Positions 29,118 to 37,865 of a DNA stretch of 64,000 nucleotides are shown here, one piece after another. A model generated the notes under the pieces. The model ran no database searches. It worked only from the letters and a program-made list of their open reading frames with translations, and had not been told where the DNA came from. Both the position numbers and the translations under genes were made by a program. How positions within the stretch are numbered: position 1 is the first letter of the stretch; each line of letters begins with the position of its first letter. Source of the DNA: Clostridia bacterium (GTDB lineage: Bacteria > Bacillota > Clostridia > Oscillospirales > Acutalibacteraceae). The stretch lies in assembly GCA_017623235.1 (NCBI GenBank), contig JAGAPN010000033.1, forward strand, positions 13,725-77,724, read 5' to 3'.

Positions 29118-29170
29118 ATGCGCCCTTGCTCTTATTTACAGATAAGGGCGGGGCGCATTCCGCTTTTTTA
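29118..29170 (+). terminator. Rho-independent terminator candidate
   Basis: ATGCGCCC (29118-29125) pairs with GGGCGCAT (29151-29158). An alternative inner stem is GCGCCCTT/AAGGGCG. A TTCCGCTTTTTT run follows. Confidence 0.5.
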
Positions 29171-29234
29171 GAAATGCGGCATAAGTCCATAAAAGATATG
29201 CGCTTATGCTACCTTTTTAGAGGAGGAAATTATT

Positions 29235-30725
29235 ATGGATATCTTAAAAACAGTTGATATAAAGGCAGAGGAGCTGAAAGCCAGGGTGCTTTCCGCCCCT
29301 GACCTTACCCCAAAGAAGGGCGCCAGGGTCTACTACTTTGCCGCAGCAGGTGACGATAGTAATGACGGTCTTACCCCTGCGACACCCTTTAAAACCCTGG
29401 AAAAGGCAAGCTCTCTTGCTGATAAGGACAATACCGAGCTTACCTATTTCCTCTTTAATAGGGGAGATATTTTCCGCGGTCAACTTAATTGTGGCTCAAA
29501 TTGCGTTTATGCGGCCTGGGGAGAGGGAGATAAGCCCGTAATCACCGCTTCTCCCGAAAACGGCGCAGGGGCCGAAAAATGGAGCCTTGTGGAAGGCTCT
29601 GATAACATCTGGGTCTACTATAAGGATATGATGGATGCGGGCGCCCTCTTCTTTGAGAATGGCGGCTATGCCGTAAAGCGTATTCCCAATATTGAAAACG
29701 GCAAATATGAGTTTGGTATGGAAATCCTTGAGGACGGCCAGTTTATGAACGGCTATACCGAGGAGCAGGCCCTGCGTCTTAATAACTCCACCGCAAAGGA
29801 AATTACGGGTCCCTTTTATTTCCGCTGTGACAGGGGCAACCCCGGTGAGATTTATTCCTCTATTGAGTTTGCCGACCGTATATACTGTGTCAATTTGCCT
29901 TACCACGGTGAGCATATTACCATAGATAATCTTTGTGTAAGGAACGTTGGCGCCCACGGTGTGGGTGGCGGCTTTATCACCGACCTTTTGGTGCAGAACT
30001 GTGAAATCGGCAATATTGGCGGCGGTATCCAGTCCTATCATAAGTGTTCAGTAGATGGACTTATGATATACGGCCGCTACGGTAACGGTGTAGAGCTGCA
30101 CTCCTGCTGCAACGGCTACGTGGTAAGAAATTGCTGGGTACATGACGTTTATGATGCGGGTCTTACCTGGCAACAGGGCCACAACCACTCAGAAGAGCTG
30201 GTTATGGGTAACATTGAATTTTCCGATAACCTCATCGAGCGCTGTATTTATTCTATAGAATATTTTGCCCGCCGCTCGGCCAGCACCAACGTGCCCGCTG
30301 TCAATGAAAACATAAGGCTCAGCGGCAATATTGTGCGTTATGCAGGTCATGGTTTTGGAACCCAGCGCACCCTTTCCTATTATGAGTGGAATATGGCCAC
30401 CTCGATTATGGGCTGGCATTGGTCGCATAACGTAAGAAGGGGATATTTCGTTATCGAAAACAATATTTTAAGCCACTCTACCCCCTCATCTCCCGACCGC
30501 CCCTTAAGGCAGAATACCTCAACCCTCCTTATTACCGCAGAGGATAAAAAATATCTCCCCGAAATGAAGGGCAACACCTATATAGGCCTTAAGGATAACC
30601 AGTTTGCCTACTACGGCAAAAACATCAAAAGCGGTCCCATTCCCTTTGTAAAGGCTGAAGACGGTCTCTCTGCCGAGGAGCTTTTCGGGGACAAAACAGG
30701 TAAGATTTTTATGGTTGAGAAATAA
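29235..30725 (+). CDS. Right-handed parallel beta-helix protein with no signal peptide (cytoplasmic paralog)
   Basis: Strong RBS AGAGGAGG. VYYFAAAGDDSNDGLTPATPFKTLEKA, NCEIGNIGGG, NCWVHDVYDAGLTWQ, DNLIERCIYSIEYF. Collinear with the 27667 paralog. Confidence 0.7.
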   Translation: MDILKTVDIKAEELKARVLSAPDLTPKKGARVYYFAAAGDDSNDGLTPATPFKTLEKASSLADKDNTELTYFLFNRGDIFRGQLNCGSNCVYAAWGEGDKPVITASPENGAGAEKWSLVEGSDNIWVYYKDMMDAGALFFENGGYAVKRIPNIENGKYEFGMEILEDGQFMNGYTEEQALRLNNSTAKEITGPFYFRCDRGNPGEIYSSIEFADRIYCVNLPYHGEHITIDNLCVRNVGAHGVGGGFITDLLVQNCEIGNIGGGIQSYHKCSVDGLMIYGRYGNGVELHSCCNGYVVRNCWVHDVYDAGLTWQQGHNHSEELVMGNIEFSDNLIERCIYSIEYFARRSASTNVPAVNENIRLSGNIVRYAGHGFGTQRTLSYYEWNMATSIMGWHWSHNVRRGYFVIENNILSHSTPSSPDRPLRQNTSTLLITAEDKKYLPEMKGNTYIGLKDNQFAYYGKNIKSGPIPFVKAEDGLSAEELFGDKTGKIFMVEK

Positions 30726-30728
30726 TCG

Positions 30729-30757
30729 TTGACAGAAAAAAAGAAAAGTCTTATCAT
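30729..30757 (+). promoter_or_regulatory. Candidate sigma-A promoter in front of the GRE1 operon
   Basis: TTGACA (30729-30734), exactly 17 nt of spacer, TATCAT (30752-30757). This lies ~55 nt upstream of the GRE1 ATG. Confidence 0.5.
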
Positions 30758-30812
30758 AAAAACACTAAAAACCTTGTTGAATGGCATCAAATAGTTATCC
30801 GGAGGTAAGAAA

Positions 30813-32795
30813 ATGACAAAAACCTATAACTTCATTCTTGAAAAAAAGCATCATCAGTTCCGCCACTCGGTAGACTGGAATCTGGCCGAGGAATATGCCG
30901 AAAAGGGACTTTCTCCCATACAGCGTATGGCCGACCGCTTTGAGAGGCTGTGTAAGGAGGAAAAGGCGGTTATTTTAGAGGGCGAGCAGATAGTTTTTCT
31001 TCGTACAGTTTCCAACCTGCCTGCCATTTTCACCGATGCCGAGTGGGAGGAGATAAAGGCAGGCCACCATATTCACGAGCTGGGCTTTCTTTCAAATCTT
31101 TCTCCCAACTATTACGATACCATAGCTACAGGACTTCTTAAAAAGAGGGAAACCGCCGATGAGTATGGAAAACAGGCTATAGATAATATAATCGCCCTTT
31201 CGGATAAATACCTGGCCGAGGCCAGGGCTCAGGGCAGGGAAGACCTTGTGGAGGTGCTCACACAGGTACCCCGCTATCCTGCAAGGAATTTCCGCGAGGC
31301 CCTGCAGTTCTTCCGTATTCTGCACTTTGCTCTGTGGCTTGAGGGCAATTATCATAATACGGTAGGCCGTTTTGACCGCTACATATATCCTTACCTTAAA
31401 GCCGATATGGATAAGGGTATTTACACCTATGACAGCGCCCTTGCCCTTTTAGAGGATTTCTTTCTCTCCTTCAATAAGGACAGCGATATTTACGTAGGCG
31501 TTCAGCAGGGTGATAACGGTCAAAGTATGATGCTGGGCGGCATTGATGAGGAGGGCAACGACGTTTACAACCTGCTTTCCGAGCTTTGCCTTAAGGCCTC
31601 CTGCAATAATAAGATGATAGACCCCAAAATTAATTTGAGGGTTTCTAAAAGCACGCCCGCCGACCGCTATACCGAGGCCACTAAGCTTACCAAGGCAGGT
31701 CTGGGCTTCCCCCAGTACTCCAACGACGATGTGGTTATTCCCGCCCTTGAGGCTATGGGCTACGACCACGTCGATGCCACCAACTATACCGTTGCCGCCT
31801 GCTGGGAGTTTATCGTGCCCAACGTTGGCGCAGACGTGGCAAATATCAGCGCTATGTCCTACCCCAAGGCGGTAGATACCGCATTACATAAATCCCTTTC
31901 CACCGCCGAAACCTATGAGGATTTCTTTGCCGCCGTAGAGGGCGAGATAAAGGCCGAGTGCGACCGCATCTGTAGCGGTATAAAGGACCTTTGGTTTATT
32001 CCTTCTCCCTTTATGAATGTACTTATGGACTGCAACATTTATGAAGGCGGAAAATATAATAACTTTGGTATCCACGGCACAGGTATTGCCACCGCTGCCG
32101 ACAGCCTGGCGGCTATAAAGAAATACGTTTTCGAGGAAAAGAGCCTTACCGCCGCCGAACTTATTGCGGCAGTAGATTCAAACTTTGAAAACACCCCCGA
32201 GCTGCTGCACAAGCTTCGCTTTGAAACACCCAAGCTTGGTAATAACGATGACTTTGTTGACGGTATTGCCACCGCCCTGCTGGATGCATTTGGCGCCGCA
32301 CTTAAGGGCAGGGTAAACTGCCGAGGCGGCATATTCCGCGCAGGTACGGGCTCTGCTATGTACTATCTCTGGCACGCCAATGAAATAGGCGCATCCCCCG
32401 ACGGCAGAAGAGAAAAGGAGCCCTTCGGCACCAACTATTCGGTATCCCTTTTTGCCAAGGTAAAGGGTCCCGTTTCGGTAATTGCTTCTATGACCAAGCA
32501 GCATTTTGAGAACGCTATGAACGGCGGCCCCCTGACCCTGGAATTCCACCAGAGCGTGTTTGCCGATGAGGATGGCATCGAAAAGGTTGGCCTGCTGGTT
32601 AAAAACTTTATTGACCGTGGCGGTCATCAGCTTCAGCTTAATACCGTAAACCTGGAAAAAATGCTGGATGCCCAAAAGAATCCCGATGCATATAAGCAGC
32701 TTGTGGTACGAATCTGGGGCTGGAGCGCCTACTTCGTAGAGCTTGACCGTGAGTATCAGGACCACGTTATTGCCCGTCAGGCATATACCGTATAA
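30813..32795 (+). CDS. Glycyl radical enzyme (PFL-fold), unusually short at 660 aa, function unknown (GRE1)
   Basis: C-terminal glycyl motif QLVVRIWGWSAYFVELD (Gly636, codon 32718-32720). Thiyl loop NYTVAACWEFIVP (Cys330-x-Glu332, Cys codon 31800-31802). Other GRE blocks are NFREALQFFRILHFALWLE, NGQSMMLGG, GFPQYSNDDVVIPAL, GASPDGRR and GGHQLQLNTVNLEKMLDAQKNPDAYKQL. GGAGG RBS. Confidence 0.85.
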   Translation: MTKTYNFILEKKHHQFRHSVDWNLAEEYAEKGLSPIQRMADRFERLCKEEKAVILEGEQIVFLRTVSNLPAIFTDAEWEEIKAGHHIHELGFLSNLSPNYYDTIATGLLKKRETADEYGKQAIDNIIALSDKYLAEARAQGREDLVEVLTQVPRYPARNFREALQFFRILHFALWLEGNYHNTVGRFDRYIYPYLKADMDKGIYTYDSALALLEDFFLSFNKDSDIYVGVQQGDNGQSMMLGGIDEEGNDVYNLLSELCLKASCNNKMIDPKINLRVSKSTPADRYTEATKLTKAGLGFPQYSNDDVVIPALEAMGYDHVDATNYTVAACWEFIVPNVGADVANISAMSYPKAVDTALHKSLSTAETYEDFFAAVEGEIKAECDRICSGIKDLWFIPSPFMNVLMDCNIYEGGKYNNFGIHGTGIATAADSLAAIKKYVFEEKSLTAAELIAAVDSNFENTPELLHKLRFETPKLGNNDDFVDGIATALLDAFGAALKGRVNCRGGIFRAGTGSAMYYLWHANEIGASPDGRREKEPFGTNYSVSLFAKVKGPVSVIASMTKQHFENAMNGGPLTLEFHQSVFADEDGIEKVGLLVKNFIDRGGHQLQLNTVNLEKMLDAQKNPDAYKQLVVRIWGWSAYFVELDREYQDHVIARQAYTV

Positions 32796-32801
32796 TTTGT
32801 T

Positions 32802-33566
32802 ATGATAGGTACTATTTTTGACATTAAAGAAATGGCGGTACACGACGGACCGGGCATCCGCACCACGGTGTTTTTTAAGGGATGCCCCCTTCGGTGTATC
32901 TGGTGCCACAATCCCGAGGGGCTGGTTGCTCAGCCCCAGCTTATGTTTAAGGAAGCCCGCTGTACAGGCTGTAGGCGTTGTTTTGTCCAATGCAACCACC
33001 CCGACTGCAGGAAATTTGGCAGATGCATTCACGTCTGCCCCCAAAACTGCCTTGAGGTTGCAGGTCGCACCGTTGAGGCAGGGAAGCTGGCCTCGGAGCT
33101 TAAAGCCTCTGCCGATATTTTAGGTGATACCTTCGGCGGCTTTACCTTTTCGGGTGGAGAGCCCCTGGCCCAGCCCGAATTTCTTTTAAGTCTTATAGAG
33201 GAACTAAAACCCCATCACCTGTGTATCGAAACCTCGGGCTATACCGACCCCGATACCTTCGGTAGGGTAATAGAAAAGCTCGATTATATTATTATGGATA
33301 TAAAGCTGGCCGATTCCGAGAAGCATCAGAAATATACAGGGGTAGGAAACGAGCTTATCCTTAAGAATTTCAGCATACTGAAAAACAGCTCAAAGCCCTA
33401 CCTTATCCGCACCCCCTTAATACCCGATATTACCGATACCGAGGAAAATCTGGCGGCTATAAAGGAAATTATAGGGGGCAGCCCCTGGGAAAAGCTGCCC
33501 TATAACGTCGCCGCAGGGGCAAAGTACAAAATGCTGGGTATGAAATTTAAAATGGAAGGAAAATAA
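32802..33566 (+). CDS. Glycyl-radical-enzyme activating enzyme (radical SAM), AE1
   Basis: HDGPGIRTTVFFKGCPLRCIWCHNPE (CxxxCxxC). An 8-Cys insert CTGCRRCFVQC...C.....C...C...C is consistent with two auxiliary Fe-S clusters. GGEPL SAM motif. Starts 6 nt after GRE1. Confidence 0.85.
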   Translation: MIGTIFDIKEMAVHDGPGIRTTVFFKGCPLRCIWCHNPEGLVAQPQLMFKEARCTGCRRCFVQCNHPDCRKFGRCIHVCPQNCLEVAGRTVEAGKLASELKASADILGDTFGGFTFSGGEPLAQPEFLLSLIEELKPHHLCIETSGYTDPDTFGRVIEKLDYIIMDIKLADSEKHQKYTGVGNELILKNFSILKNSSKPYLIRTPLIPDITDTEENLAAIKEIIGGSPWEKLPYNVAAGAKYKMLGMKFKMEGK

Positions 33567-33569
33567 AAG

Positions 33570-35276
33570 ATGAAGGTCCGTGCAATAAGAGCCGACGGCA
33601 GTATAGATATTTTAGAACCCGCCGTAGAAACCAAGGGAAATATCACTACCGTTTCCATAAAAAAGGAAGAGGTGGGCGCCGCCGAGTACGTAGATTTTCT
33701 CTACGATTATCTCACCGCAAGGGAAGGGGACGAGGGATATTTCGTCCTGCCCTTTGACTGTCAGAACGGCGTTACCGCTTGCTATTTTAACCACAAAGAG
33801 GATACCGAGTTTGTTTCCGACTTTTCCCATATTTATTGCTACGGAATGAAGAAGGCCGAGGGTGGTATTTTCGGCATTATTACAGGCTGTAAATACGACT
33901 ACGCCCTGGTAGCAGGGGTAAAGGACGGAAGCTATTACGCTTATCCCCGTTTTAAAACCGAGGGTGAGATTCCCGAGGACGATATAGAGGTACAGTATTA
34001 TTACCTTGAAAATGGCGACTATAACGAAATGGCCGCTGTTTACCGTAAAAACCAGTTGGAAAAAGAAGGCTGTGAGCCTCTGGAGGTCAGGGTAAAGAGG
34101 GATCCACGCCTTGCCCGTGCCGCTGACAGTATTGCGGTGCGTGTGCGCCAGGGCTGGAAGCCTGTTCCAAGCCCTGTAGAAAATCAGACTGCCGATACCG
34201 AGCCCGATATGGTGGTGGCCTGTGACTACGACCGTGTGGGTCAGCTTGTGGATGAGTTTGAGCGCCAGGGTATAGACAAGGCAGAATTTTGCCTTGTGGG
34301 CTGGAACCGTATGGGTCACGACGGCCGTTATCCCCAGATATTCCCGCCCGAGCCCAAGCTGGGTGGCGAAGAAAAGCTTCGCCGTCTTATTAAGAATACC
34401 AAGGCCATGGGCTATAACATTGTAGGCCACACCAATGCCTCCGATGCCTATACCGTATCGGAGCTGTGGGATGAAGAATACCTTCTCAAAACCCGTGACG
34501 GCAGTTTTTTTAAAATGGATTCCTGGTCCAGCGGCCGCGCACATAAGATTTGCCCTAAAAGAATGTACGAGCGTTTTGGTGAGGACCATAACGAAAGACT
34601 GGCCGAGCTGGGCTTTGAGGGCATCCACTACAGCGACGTTATAACCATTCTGGCCATAAAGCGCTGCTTTAACCCCGACCACCCCCTTACCCGTAAGGAG
34701 GGTGCTATGTGGTACAGAAAGCTTATGGAAAGGGCCAGGGTCAATTTCGGCGGCTTTTCTTCCGAATCGGGTTACGATTACGCCGCCTCATCCCTTGACT
34801 ATGCTATGTATATCAGCTTCCACCTTGATAACAAGGATATGCCTGATATCTGTGATGAGCAGATACCCTTTTGGGAAATTGTCTATCACGGCATAATTCT
34901 TTATAACCCAGGTACATATACCCTTAATTACACCGCCAAGAAAAAGGAAAACCGCCTTAAATTCTTCGAGTTTGGCGGCCGTCCTCTGGTGTGTGTTTAT
35001 GCCAACTTTGCGGCAGACCGCAACTGGATGGGTCTTGAGGATATCCGTATGGATACCGATGAGGAAATGCGGGAAAGCGTTTCTAAAATAAAGGTTATGG
35101 CCGATGATTACAAGTGGCTGGAGGAAGTGCGTTTTGCCTTTATGGACAGCCATAAAAGGGTTGCCGACGGAGTTTATGAAATCGCATATTCAAACGGCAT
35201 AACCTTGACTGTAGATTATAATCTTGCCAAGGTTACGATGCAGGGAGATGGAATATGGAAGGAATTGACTATATAA
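33570..35276 (+). CDS. Cytoplasmic paralog of the 11812..14010 lipoprotein (unassigned family, TIM-barrel glycosidase-like)
   Basis: No signal peptide. Shares blocks with the lipoprotein (listed at that feature). The core CLVGWNRMGHDGRYPQIFP...MGYNIVGHTNASD...FEGIHYSDV resembles a (b/a)8 glycan-active fold. Inference only. Confidence 0.45.
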   Translation: MKVRAIRADGSIDILEPAVETKGNITTVSIKKEEVGAAEYVDFLYDYLTAREGDEGYFVLPFDCQNGVTACYFNHKEDTEFVSDFSHIYCYGMKKAEGGIFGIITGCKYDYALVAGVKDGSYYAYPRFKTEGEIPEDDIEVQYYYLENGDYNEMAAVYRKNQLEKEGCEPLEVRVKRDPRLARAADSIAVRVRQGWKPVPSPVENQTADTEPDMVVACDYDRVGQLVDEFERQGIDKAEFCLVGWNRMGHDGRYPQIFPPEPKLGGEEKLRRLIKNTKAMGYNIVGHTNASDAYTVSELWDEEYLLKTRDGSFFKMDSWSSGRAHKICPKRMYERFGEDHNERLAELGFEGIHYSDVITILAIKRCFNPDHPLTRKEGAMWYRKLMERARVNFGGFSSESGYDYAASSLDYAMYISFHLDNKDMPDICDEQIPFWEIVYHGIILYNPGTYTLNYTAKKKENRLKFFEFGGRPLVCVYANFAADRNWMGLEDIRMDTDEEMRESVSKIKVMADDYKWLEEVRFAFMDSHKRVADGVYEIAYSNGITLTVDYNLAKVTMQGDGIWKELTI

Positions 35277-35788
35277 AGGTTATTGCCGAGATTATTGGCT
35301 ATGTTGCGGTGTTTTTTGCCTTTGTAATGTTCCAGCAGACCCATAGAAAAAGGCTTATACTGTGTAAGCTGATTATTGACCTGCTCTGGATAACCCATTT
35401 TGTTATGCTTGGGGGTTACACCATAGTTTGCACCACCTCAATCTCGGTTTTCAGGGAATTGGTGTTTATAAACCGTGATAAGCGGTTCTTTAGCAGCAAA
35501 TTCTGGCTTTTTGCCTTTATTCTGTTTTATGCAGCTTCTCCAATTTTTACCTGGGAAGGAATACATAGTATTTTTCCTGCCCTAAGCTCGGTTGCCGCCA
35601 CTATCAGTCTGTGGGTACGGTCGGTAAAGCGTACCAAGCAGATTTCTCTTGCGGTGAGCGTAAGCCAGCTTATTTATGAGGCTGTTGTGTGCTCCTATGC
35701 GGCCATGACAGGAGAGATTGTGACCATTGTATCAATAATAATTTATTTCATAAGGACGAGGATGAAAAATGGAAAAAGTCTTCTTTAA
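35255..35788 (+). CDS. Small polytopic membrane protein, YgjV-family-like
   Basis: 177 aa, about 5-6 TM segments. The N-terminal pattern IIGYVAVFFAFVMFQQTHRKRLILCKLIIDLLWITHFVMLGGY resembles E. coli YgjV. Overlaps the upstream gene by 22 nt and the downstream gene by 20 nt. Confidence 0.45.
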   Translation: MEGIDYIKVIAEIIGYVAVFFAFVMFQQTHRKRLILCKLIIDLLWITHFVMLGGYTIVCTTSISVFRELVFINRDKRFFSSKFWLFAFILFYAASPIFTWEGIHSIFPALSSVAATISLWVRSVKRTKQISLAVSVSQLIYEAVVCSYAAMTGEIVTIVSIIIYFIRTRMKNGKSLL

Positions 35789-37853
35789 AGCAAGACCCGT
35801 TTGGGCAAAAGACAAGGAACAGGAAAGCAACTGCCGCCTGCAGTTTAAGGCTACGGTGCCCGATGGAAAGCAGGCAGAGCTTCGCCTTGCCACCAGCGGC
35901 GTTTACCAGGCCTGGATAAATGGAAAATTTGTGGCCTACGGCCCGGCCCGTGCAGGTAAAAATCATTTCCGTGTGGAGCGTCTGGACGTTTCCTCATACC
36001 TGGATTCACCCCTTAATACCGTAATAATTGAGGTTGCAGGCTATTACTGCGCCAATTTCTATATTATGAAGCAGGATTCCTTCCTGCAGGCCGAGCTTAT
36101 CCTTGACGGAGAGGTAGCGGCGGCCACGGGCTATGATTTTTCTGCCAGGGTAAACCCCTATTATTATCAGAAAATTCAGCGCTTCAGCTACCAGCGTACC
36201 TTTGCTGAAAGCTATAAGCCTATGGACCCTGCCGATACCTTTTATACCGACGATAGGGCAGGGGAAGAGGAGCTGGCCGTTACCGCCGATAAAACGATTA
36301 TCGAAAGAACGGTGCCATATCCTCAGTTTGAACACCTGGCCCCCACCGCCCTGTTTTCGGGCAGAGTAGAGCATATAATACCCGATGAATATAATTTTGA
36401 CCGCTATTTCTGGCAGGTAGGTTTCCGTGAGGGTGAGCCTACAGGCTGGAAGGCTAACGAAATAGAAACCTCCCCCGAAAAGGAGTGGCAGGAAATTTCC
36501 TTCACCCCCACCGAGGATGCTCCGTCGGGCCTGCTGAAGGCAGATACCTATACAATGTATTCCTTCCCCTTTAACGCTACGGGTATGCTGTCCCTTACCC
36601 TTACCTGTAAGGAGCCTGCCACGGTTTATCTTGCAGGTGACGAGATAATCGACGGTAAAAAGATAGACCCCAAGCGTGTGCGCTGCTGTAATATCGTTCC
36701 CTTCAGGCTTAAGGCAGGCCGCCACCATATTCAGACCTTTGAGGTCTATACAATGAAATACCTGCAGATAACTGCGGTAGGCGCCGACCTTGAAATTGAG
36801 GATATTTCTATGATAGAGTACAAGGCGCCCTATATTCCCGTGCCGCAGTTTTCTGATGAAAGACTGCAGGCAATATCGGCCGCCGCTGTAGAATCCTACC
36901 GTCAGAACGCCGTTGACCTCTTTACCGACTGCCCCTCCCGAGAGAGGGCTGGCTGGCTTTGCGACAGCTTCTTTTTGGCCCGTGCCGAGTATATTCTCAC
37001 AGGTAAAAATATCGTTGAAGAGGCCTTTTTAGAAAACTTCCTTCACGAGGAGGTTTACGGCAAGGTGCCTGTGGGTATGTTCCCAATGTGCTATCCTGCC
37101 GACCACAATTACGGCCGCCATATTCCCAACTGGGCAATGTGGCTGGTTGTAGAGCTGCTGGATTATAAAAAGCGTACAGGCAAAACCCAGCTTATTGACC
37201 GCTTTAAGGATAAGGTTTACGGCCTTATAAAGCATTTTGAGGACTTTGAGAATGAGGACGGCCTCCTTGAGGACCTTCGCAGTTGGGTGTTTGTTGAATG
37301 GTCCCGCGCCAACGATACCGATATGGTGCAAGGTGTAAATTATCCCAGCAATATGATGTATTACGCCACCTTAAAGGCGGCGGCAGAGCTTTACGGCGAT
37401 GCCAATCTGGAGGTCAAGGCCGAGAATATAAAGGAAAAAATCCTTCAGCAGTCCTTTGACGGTGAATTTTTCGTAGACCGAGGCGCACGCACCTCTATCG
37501 GCGTATTCCCCGTGCCCGAATCCACCGAGGTCTGCCAGTATTACGCCTTTTTCAGCGGCGTGGCTACTCCCGAAAGCCACCCCGACCTCTTTAAAACCCT
37601 TATAAATGATTTCGGTCCCCACCGTGACCTTACCACAACCTATCCCCAGGTGCATAAGGCGGCCCCCTTTATAGGCAACTATATGCGCCTTGATATACTT
37701 AAAAACAACGGCTACGATGACGTCGTTGAGGAAAATATAAAGGGCTATTTCTACGGTATGGCCCAGCGCACAGGCACCCTTTGGGAAAAGGCCGAGCCTA
37801 CTAACAGCTGCAACCACGGCTTTGCAAGCTGTGTGCTTTACTGGCTTGCCTGA
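35769..37853 (+). CDS. GH78-like (alpha-L-rhamnosidase-type) six-hairpin glycoside hydrolase, cytoplasmic
   Basis: N-terminal ARPVWAKD...LATSGVYQAWINGKFV..GPARA pattern. FTDCPSRERAGWLCDSFF matches the DCP.RER.GW.GD signature of rhamnosidase-type (a/a)6 enzymes. Confidence 0.65.
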   Translation: MEKVFFKARPVWAKDKEQESNCRLQFKATVPDGKQAELRLATSGVYQAWINGKFVAYGPARAGKNHFRVERLDVSSYLDSPLNTVIIEVAGYYCANFYIMKQDSFLQAELILDGEVAAATGYDFSARVNPYYYQKIQRFSYQRTFAESYKPMDPADTFYTDDRAGEEELAVTADKTIIERTVPYPQFEHLAPTALFSGRVEHIIPDEYNFDRYFWQVGFREGEPTGWKANEIETSPEKEWQEISFTPTEDAPSGLLKADTYTMYSFPFNATGMLSLTLTCKEPATVYLAGDEIIDGKKIDPKRVRCCNIVPFRLKAGRHHIQTFEVYTMKYLQITAVGADLEIEDISMIEYKAPYIPVPQFSDERLQAISAAAVESYRQNAVDLFTDCPSRERAGWLCDSFFLARAEYILTGKNIVEEAFLENFLHEEVYGKVPVGMFPMCYPADHNYGRHIPNWAMWLVVELLDYKKRTGKTQLIDRFKDKVYGLIKHFEDFENEDGLLEDLRSWVFVEWSRANDTDMVQGVNYPSNMMYYATLKAAAELYGDANLEVKAENIKEKILQQSFDGEFFVDRGARTSIGVFPVPESTEVCQYYAFFSGVATPESHPDLFKTLINDFGPHRDLTTTYPQVHKAAPFIGNYMRLDILKNNGYDDVVEENIKGYFYGMAQRTGTLWEKAEPTNSCNHGFASCVLYWLA

Positions 37854-37865
37854 TAAGGAGCATTT

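Noticed and set aside
30770-30795. TTGAATGG upstream of GRE1 resembles the start of the TTGAATGGACAAAACGGTA operator string at 63733.
   Set aside because: Only 8 nt match and the AAAACGGTA core is absent. There is no phased repeat.
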